From Candidatus Poribacteria bacterium (lineage in GTDB: Bacteria; Poribacteria; WGA-4E; WGA-3G): a DNA stretch of 64,000 nucleotides. The translations under genes were made by a program, and so were the position numbers. The notes beneath the pieces were generated by a model. That model was not told the DNA's origin and searched no databases. It saw only the letters and a program-made list of their open reading frames with translations. The stretch's first letter is position 1; the number at the start of each line of letters is the position of its first letter. The stretch covers positions 608,001 through 672,000 of the forward strand of contig OZ219753.1 in NCBI GenBank assembly GCA_964291315.2, in the 5' to 3' direction. Below are positions 57,937-64,000 of this stretch, piece after piece.

Positions 57937-59265
57937 ATGAACAAACCCAATATAGTCTACATTCATTCACACGACACAGGGCGCTATGTTCAACCTTATG
58001 GACATGCGATTCCAACGTCGAACATACAAAAGCTGGCAGAAGAGGGGGTTGTCTTCCGAAGCGCCTTTTGTGCAAACCCTACTTGTTCGCCATCTCGCGC
58101 TGCTCTTCTCACCGGGCAATATGCGCATAGCTGCGGTATGGGGGGCTTAGCAAACCGCGGATGGAGCCTGCCTATTCCTGAGCATCTCATAACCTACACT
58201 TTGAATCGAGCAGGATACACCACAGCTTTGGCAGGATTCCAGCATGTCGTTCGGGATCTGAAAGAAACCGGGTATCAACGGCTTTTATCTGAAGGAACTG
58301 TTCGGGTAGGTGCGGAAGAACGCGCACGGAACTTCATCGCTGAGCAACACGATGCTCCCTTTTTTTTGGATGTGGGATTTAGTGAAACACATCGCCGCAG
58401 AAAAGGCTTCGATCCGCCTCCGGATGATGAACCGAAAACCGATCCTCGCTATGTGAAGCCGCCCGCTCCGTTCCCGGACACACTCGTCACACGGCAAGAT
58501 ATGGCGGAATACATAGACGCAGCCCGGACGCTGGATAGAAAAATGGCGGTGGTTTTTGATGCCCTTGAAGAAAACGGCCTCACCGAGAATACCGTAGTGA
58601 TATGTACAACGGATCATGGTCTCGCCTTCCCGCGTATGAAGTGTCACCTCAGCGATCACGGGATCGGTGTGATGTTGATTGTTCGCGGCCCCGGAGGTTT
58701 TAACGGTGGGCAAGTAGTGGATGGATTAGTCAGTCATGTTGACCTCTTCCCGACGATATGCGAATTGGCAGGGATTGAAGCACCCTCGAGACTCCAAGGC
58801 AACTCTCTGCTTCCACTAGTACGTGGAGAGGCGGACGACATTCGAGATGCTGTCTTTGCTGAAGTTAACTACCACTGCTGTTATGAACCGCAACGGGCTG
58901 TCCGCACCAAACGGTGGAAATATATCAAGCGGTATGATACCGCTGAAAAATGGGCACTACCGAATTGTGACGACAGTATCAGTAAAACATTTATGATGGA
59001 ACACGGTTGGGGTGATAAACCTGTTGAATTAGAAAGGTTGTACGATGTCGTGTTCGACCCATCAGAAGCACACAATCTTGCTGAGCACCCGGATTATGCA
59101 AACGTTTTAACGGAGATGCGTGAGCGTTTGGAACAGTGGCGTACTGAAACCGACGATCCGGTGAGTGAAGATCAGATTATGGTACCTCCGGAAACGGCTG
59201 TCCTAAACGATCCGACAGATATATCACCGAACGATAAGCACTATCCTGCACGCGAAATGGTATAG
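57937..59265 (+). CDS. Sulfatase (N-sulfoglucosamine sulfohydrolase-like)
   Basis: PNIVYIHSHDTG, CSPSRAALLTG, TDHG.AFPR.K, AVRTKRWKYI. Confidence 0.93.
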   Translation: MNKPNIVYIHSHDTGRYVQPYGHAIPTSNIQKLAEEGVVFRSAFCANPTCSPSRAALLTGQYAHSCGMGGLANRGWSLPIPEHLITYTLNRAGYTTALAGFQHVVRDLKETGYQRLLSEGTVRVGAEERARNFIAEQHDAPFFLDVGFSETHRRRKGFDPPPDDEPKTDPRYVKPPAPFPDTLVTRQDMAEYIDAARTLDRKMAVVFDALEENGLTENTVVICTTDHGLAFPRMKCHLSDHGIGVMLIVRGPGGFNGGQVVDGLVSHVDLFPTICELAGIEAPSRLQGNSLLPLVRGEADDIRDAVFAEVNYHCCYEPQRAVRTKRWKYIKRYDTAEKWALPNCDDSISKTFMMEHGWGDKPVELERLYDVVFDPSEAHNLAEHPDYANVLTEMRERLEQWRTETDDPVSEDQIMVPPETAVLNDPTDISPNDKHYPAREMV

Positions 59266-59288
59266 CACTATGAGTCCCTATGTATGGT

Positions 59289-59316
59289 TTTGGCGAGGTT
59301 AGGAAACCTCGCCAAA
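59289..59316. terminator. Perfect 12-bp hairpin between convergent genes (terminator or REP-like)
   Basis: TTTGGCGAGGTT-AGGA-AACCTCGCCAAA. Confidence 0.7.
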
Positions 59317-59414
59317 GCTAATGCGCATAAGTAATTCTTGGGCTTCCTATAATAAAATAGTTATAGGTTGGATTGAACTGTAGATGAATTCAATCAATTT
59401 GGGTATGACATGCA

Positions 59415-60050
59415 TCAAAGTTTATTTCCAGTCCACAGCACGCCTCGACGGATAACCGTCTGGAAATTCGGATTCTCAAGCACAGCCATGTCGTGACCTA
59501 ATGCGAAATAGAAAACCTTACCCTTGCCACACATATGGTGGAACGCCATAACATGCTTCTCATCCTTCGTCTCATCGTAGGCGTGCATCAAATAGTGAGA
59601 TGCAGTGGGGTCGTGCTTTAGATAGTACAGTTCGTCTCTGACCTTAAAATCAGTTAGTCCCTCCGTAATTGGATGGTTTGCATCACTCACAGTAACCGTG
59701 AAATCCATGTACGGGCTATGCCCGTTGAAGAACCCGTTGAGCATCCCGTGGTAGCCGTTGGATTCCCTAAACGAAGCAGCTGCAGTGTGCAACCCGAAGA
59801 ATCCGCCTCCTGTTTGGATATAGTCAAGTAGTCCTTTCTCTTGTGCTGCCGTGAGTTCCCCGATATCTGTGTAAAAAAGCACTGTGTTATATCCGATAAG
59901 TCGATTAACTAGCACGCTATAATCTTGTGAGAAATCGGCTTCAATATTGTCAGTATCGTTGAGCATTGATGTCAGGAACTGTCCGTTTCCGGTGTGATCA
60001 TGGTAAACACCTTCTGTCCCTACAAATATGAGCACTTTAAGTTTTTCCAT
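59415..60050 (-). CDS. ThuA (trehalose utilisation)-domain protein
   Basis: GGGFFGLH.A, GFFNGH, HPIT.GL..F...DELY, GKGKVFY.ALGHD. Confidence 0.88.
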   Translation of the reverse strand: MEKLKVLIFVGTEGVYHDHTGNGQFLTSMLNDTDNIEADFSQDYSVLVNRLIGYNTVLFYTDIGELTAAQEKGLLDYIQTGGGFFGLHTAAASFRESNGYHGMLNGFFNGHSPYMDFTVTVSDANHPITEGLTDFKVRDELYYLKHDPTASHYLMHAYDETKDEKHVMAFHHMCGKGKVFYFALGHDMAVLENPNFQTVIRRGVLWTGNKL

Positions 60051-60060
60051 TCTACCTCCA

Positions 60061-61092
60061 CTAATAGTTAGGCATCACGAGAACTTTAACAGATCCGTAT
60101 TGATCACGTCCGGCAGCGACAGCAAAAGCTTCATTAATATCATCTAAGTTGAATCTGTGTGTAATTAGCAAATTCGGATCGAGTTTACCAGCTGCAAGCA
60201 GATCAATGGCAACTTGGAACTCCGTTTTCCCACCACGCCTCCCGTAACAGAAAGACCAGATCACCGTGAGTTCTCGACTTCGAGCAAATTGTTCTGTGAA
60301 GGTGAGGGGGGTACGGTGTCCGCCTACCATACAGATCTTACCACGTTTCGCGGAGATCTCCGTCGCTTGTTCTAGTGTATTTGCCGTGCCACCGACTGCC
60401 TCAAAGACAATATCTGCTCCTCTACCATCGCTCCAGCTCTGGATAGCTTCTGTAGCGTCTATTTTATCCACATTAATAGGCACAGCTCCGACGGCTTCAT
60501 GAGCAATTTGTAGCGGTCCATCTGGCTTTCCGATCATAGCGATAGAGGTTGCCCCTGCGACATCCGCCACTTGTGCGATTGTTAACCCGACCGGGCCACT
60601 ACCGATAATAGCGACGCGATCGCCCGGCGACACCCTTGCTCTGTTAACTGCGTGGACTGCCACAGCGTAGACTTCTACCAACGCGCCTCCAGCAACGGAA
60701 ATGCTCTCTGGCAAGAGATAGATATTTGGGGCTTGTGCTACCATAAACTCTGCGAAACCGCCACCGCCATGCCGCAAATTTCCACAGATGTTATAGTTGC
60801 CGTTGTAGCATTCTGGACAGTCGTTACATGGACTAATCGGTTCAACTGCTACATGCATCCCTTTTCTATAGCCAGTAACTCCCTTACCGCTATCAATAAT
60901 TTCTCCCATTAACTCATGCCCGCCAATGTGGGGCGATACGGATTGCTTGGGTTGGTGATGGTAGCCGTGGAGATCGCTGCCGCAGATCCCTGCGGCTTCT
61001 ACTTGGATGAGTACCTGTCCTTCTTCAGGGGTCGGATCTGGTACCGTTTCTACCCTTATATCTTTTCCACCATAAAATTGTGCAGCTTTCAC
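60061..61092 (-). CDS. Zn-dependent alcohol/polyol dehydrogenase
   Basis: GICGSDLH, GHE, CNDCPEC...NIC, IGSGPVGL. Confidence 0.93.
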   Translation of the reverse strand: MKAAQFYGGKDIRVETVPDPTPEEGQVLIQVEAAGICGSDLHGYHHQPKQSVSPHIGGHELMGEIIDSGKGVTGYRKGMHVAVEPISPCNDCPECYNGNYNICGNLRHGGGGFAEFMVAQAPNIYLLPESISVAGGALVEVYAVAVHAVNRARVSPGDRVAIIGSGPVGLTIAQVADVAGATSIAMIGKPDGPLQIAHEAVGAVPINVDKIDATEAIQSWSDGRGADIVFEAVGGTANTLEQATEISAKRGKICMVGGHRTPLTFTEQFARSRELTVIWSFCYGRRGGKTEFQVAIDLLAAGKLDPNLLITHRFNLDDINEAFAVAAGRDQYGSVKVLVMPNY

Positions 61093-61249
61093 AATGCCCT
61101 CCTCAAAAGCCAGTCATCTGGTTGAAATATAACATAGTGCGTGAGTTGTGTCAATCGGTTTCTTTTTTAGGAGTCAATCACTCAATCTAAACCTCCGTCT
61201 TGCTTCCTTCATTTAATAGACGAGCGAAAATAACTACAATAGTTTTCGC

Positions 61250-61278
61250 TTGACTTTCAAAGGACAATGGGATAAAAT
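61250..61278 (+). promoter_or_regulatory. Sigma70-type promoter of the Gfo/Idh/MocA gene
   Basis: TTGACT-17 nt-TAAAAT. Confidence 0.55.
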
Positions 61279-61312
61279 TAAGAGGGAATATGGATATAAT
61301 AAGGAGCTAAAA

Positions 61313-62371
61313 ATGAGAACAGTTAAATTAGGCTTGATTGGAGCAGGTGGTATTGCCCAGGCACACTGCGGTGCCATCGCTGAAATTGATGGTGGAGAAA
61401 TAATTGCCGCCGCGGACCTTGTGCCAGCTAACCTTGAGCGTGCAAGTGAACGTTGGGGCATCAAACATACATTTTCTGACTACAACACAATGCTCAAAAT
61501 GGACGAGATTGAGGCGGTCTACGTCTGTACCCCAACGGGTGTACATGCACCCCCTACGGTTGCTGCACTCAATGCAGGTAAACATGTTTTCTGTGAGAAA
61601 CCGATGGAGGCAACCTTGGACGCTGCTGCTTCAATGTGGCGTGCAGCAATAGAAAACGATAAAATCCTGATGATCGGGCTTAAACTCCGATACTCACCAG
61701 AGGTCACTAAAGCAAAAAACATTGTTGATGCAGGCACCTTAGGTGACATATACTACGTTGAAACCGTTGCTGACCGCCGCCGCGGAAACCCCGGTGGGAG
61801 TTTTATCCGGAAATCAACAGCCGGTTTGGGGGCATCTGCCGACATAGGTGTTTATGCCTTAGATACTGCCCTCTATCTAATGGGACACCCGAAACCTGTC
61901 GCAGTATCCGGAATCACCTCTAATTATCTCAGCCTACATAACACATGGAACCCTGCCTTAAAAGAAACCGAAGTTGAAGATTTTGGTGTCGGTTGGGTTG
62001 TGTTTGAAAACGGAGCCCGCATGGTATTCAAAACATGCTGGTGCATGAACATGGATTCGCTTGGTGGAACGATTTTCCTCGGTAAAAAAGCAGGACTCCG
62101 TCTCGGCATCGGTGAAGTCCGAGGCCCAGAAGAAGGGGTCCGTGTCTACGGCGACAAGGACGGGGAGATATTCGACGAGGCGTTCACCGAGTTTGAATCA
62201 GTTGACGTATTCCGGGCGGAAGATACTGCGTTTGTAGATGCTGTTCGTGAAGGCAAATCTTCACCGATTGACCCGTACGGTGTGATGCTCACGAACGTTA
62301 TCATTCAAGGTGTCATCGATTCCTCAAATGCCGGCGGGCGCGAAGTCTCTGTCACTGTACCAAGTTTGTAA
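61313..62371 (+). CDS. Gfo/Idh/MocA family oxidoreductase
   Basis: GLIGAGGIA, AGKHVFCEKPM. ATG 61313 follows AAGGAG. Confidence 0.93.
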   Translation: MRTVKLGLIGAGGIAQAHCGAIAEIDGGEIIAAADLVPANLERASERWGIKHTFSDYNTMLKMDEIEAVYVCTPTGVHAPPTVAALNAGKHVFCEKPMEATLDAAASMWRAAIENDKILMIGLKLRYSPEVTKAKNIVDAGTLGDIYYVETVADRRRGNPGGSFIRKSTAGLGASADIGVYALDTALYLMGHPKPVAVSGITSNYLSLHNTWNPALKETEVEDFGVGWVVFENGARMVFKTCWCMNMDSLGGTIFLGKKAGLRLGIGEVRGPEEGVRVYGDKDGEIFDEAFTEFESVDVFRAEDTAFVDAVREGKSSPIDPYGVMLTNVIIQGVIDSSNAGGREVSVTVPSL

Positions 62372-62501
62372 TATTGATGGGTAGGGTTCTGGTGCTTTGT
62401 ACCTTACTTCCGAAAATGCCGGCGGGCGCGAAGTCTCTGTCACTGTACCAAGTTTGTAATATTGATGGGTAGGGTTCTGGTGCTTTGTACCTTACTTCCG
62501 A
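62326..62501 (+). repeat. Perfect 88-bp tandem duplication spanning the gene end and downstream hairpin
   Basis: AAATGCCGGCGGGCGCGAAG...CCTTACTTCCGA at 62326-62413 and 62414-62501. Confidence 0.95.
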
Positions 62502-62914
62502 TCTCGATTTTACTATCCTTTTTCACTCCTGCAGAATCTATATATAGCAGGATTGTATTAAATTGGTTTACGGAGATCGTGTTTCAGCAGATTTTGACGT
62601 TTCTATTTTATCCTGCCAAAACTGCCGATCAGACGATGACAGGTGTAGGCACTCTGGCATGTTTTTCTTGTTTTTCATCTGAAATGTGTTAATATATACG
62701 GGTAAGAAACTATCCTCGCGATGTTGCCGGATCGATAACTATCTATAGAATGTCCCTAGGAGGGATGCTCTCAGTAGTCGGACCCATGGCAGTCTCCAGA
62801 AGTTACCGACTATAGTTGCCTCGTCTGTTTTTGCACAAGCAAAGCAATGTTAGCACGACTCATAGAGGAATCTGCACAGCTTTTGCTAGCGGAAGATGTC
62901 AAAGGAGTTGCAAA

Positions 62915-63976
62915 GTGAAATCTATTAAGATTGGAAAGAAAAAATTTAAGTTAGCATCTCGAATGAAACGTTTATACGCATTCTTTATAGACCTCATGCT
63001 TTTAGGTACCACAGTATCAGGTTCTTTGCTGTTTCTGATCATGTTAGATACTTTTCGTGTTGTGCAGATAGGGTATCCTGTGGACATGTTATGGCTTCTT
63101 TGCAGCATTGCCTTGTGCGGATTCGGTCTGTTTTTTATCGACGGCTTCAGAAGCGGTCAGGGGATCGGAAAGAAACTGTTGTCTTTACAAGTTATCCGAC
63201 TCAAAGACGGTAAACCTTGTACTTTCAAAGATGCTTTTCTTCGGCGATTTGCAGGGGTTTTTCAGCCCTTGGACTTCTTCTGGTTATTTGGAAGTAAACG
63301 CCAACGCCTTGGAGATGCGTTTGCTGAGACAGTTGTTGTGGAATTTGAACCGGTTCCCGAATTGACAGAAACCGAAGAGGCGGAAGGGGTTTTGGAAACT
63401 GTCATCGATGAGCTGAAAAGTAAACTTTCGGAAGCTCGCAGGAAAGTTGATGCCTCTATCGGCGTTGAAAAGCAGTTTCAGGACGCTTATGAGAGTGCCG
63501 TCATGCAGGTGGAAAGATGGCAAGAACGGGCTGTTGTCAATCTCAAGGTGGGACGTGAAGACCTAGCTCGCGAGGCTCTCGAAAAACGGAACGAATGTAA
63601 ACGATTAGCGGAAAAATATAGGACACAATCGGAAGAACAGAAACGGATCGTTCGTACACTTAGGGACCTCTTTGAACATCTTCAGCGACAGTTGATGGAG
63701 ATGGAGACAAAGAAAACCGTTGTCGTGGCACAACACAGAAATGTTGATGCTGAAGCACACCTCCGTGAGATACTAAAAGAGGTACAGGACAATAAGGCGT
63801 TCGAAACTCTTACGAAGATGGAGCAAGAGGCAACTGAGGCGACTACATTAGCAAAAGCTGCCGCTGAGATAGATGTCGCATATCAAGATACAGAATTAGA
63901 GCGCGAATTTGTAAGTTATGCGGAAGAATCTTCAATTGACAAGGACATCGCCGAATTAAAGGCGAAGCTATTGTAA
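62915..63976 (+). CDS. RDD-domain / PspA-IM30 fusion protein
   Basis: RDD: LASRMKRLYAFFID, GQGIGKKLL.LQV, QRLGD..A.TVVV. PspA: W..RA...L..GREDLAREALEKR, AFE....ME, IDKDIAELKAKL. GTG 62915 follows AAGGAG. Confidence 0.85.
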   Translation: MKSIKIGKKKFKLASRMKRLYAFFIDLMLLGTTVSGSLLFLIMLDTFRVVQIGYPVDMLWLLCSIALCGFGLFFIDGFRSGQGIGKKLLSLQVIRLKDGKPCTFKDAFLRRFAGVFQPLDFFWLFGSKRQRLGDAFAETVVVEFEPVPELTETEEAEGVLETVIDELKSKLSEARRKVDASIGVEKQFQDAYESAVMQVERWQERAVVNLKVGREDLAREALEKRNECKRLAEKYRTQSEEQKRIVRTLRDLFEHLQRQLMEMETKKTVVVAQHRNVDAEAHLREILKEVQDNKAFETLTKMEQEATEATTLAKAAAEIDVAYQDTELEREFVSYAEESSIDKDIAELKAKLL

Positions 63977-64000
63977 CTCGGGACACGATGCCTTAACTTT

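Noticed and set aside
62326-62501. Repeats considered as a CRISPR array (also 43724-43765 and 43897-43958)
   Set aside because: Only two adjacent copies each, with no unique spacers and no cas genes.

Overview
Bacterial chromosomal window, roughly 45-48% GC by eye, with about 50 intact CDSs. Two secreted LamG-fold proteins ending in a 'PxxKLxTTW(G/A)xIK' tail, a relic 'NPFNPxTxIPYQLA' domain, sulfatases, PhyH and many sugar-catabolic genes point to a Candidatus Poribacteria-like sponge symbiont (inference from recalled family signatures). Recognisable content includes a split corrinoid methyl-transfer module (Hcy methyltransferase, RACo activator, corrinoid protein), a TatT/TatP TRAP pair, xylA-like, adk, aroK-aroB, an nfeD-floA-floA-yqfB-like operon, sugar kinases, a sugar ABC transporter, a helicase-less Type ISP-like R-M enzyme and CBS-CBS-korAB. 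The best candidates for undescribed systems are: (1) a compact four-gene membrane module (17759-21037) whose two soluble-domain subunits appear to have opposite topology; (2) a 1235-aa DUF4097-CBM9-POTRA-Omp85 fusion transcribed divergently from xylose isomerase; (3) a shared C-terminal sorting-like motif on the LamG proteins; (4) an RDD-PspA fusion. Non-coding features include a probable 6S-like RNA (about 57685-57860), a 147-bp IS982-like MITE, REP-like palindromes, 88-bp and 21-bp tandem duplications, and at least six eroded gene relics. No rRNA, tRNA, CRISPR array or intact transposase was seen. All family calls come from motif recognition by eye; no searches were run.
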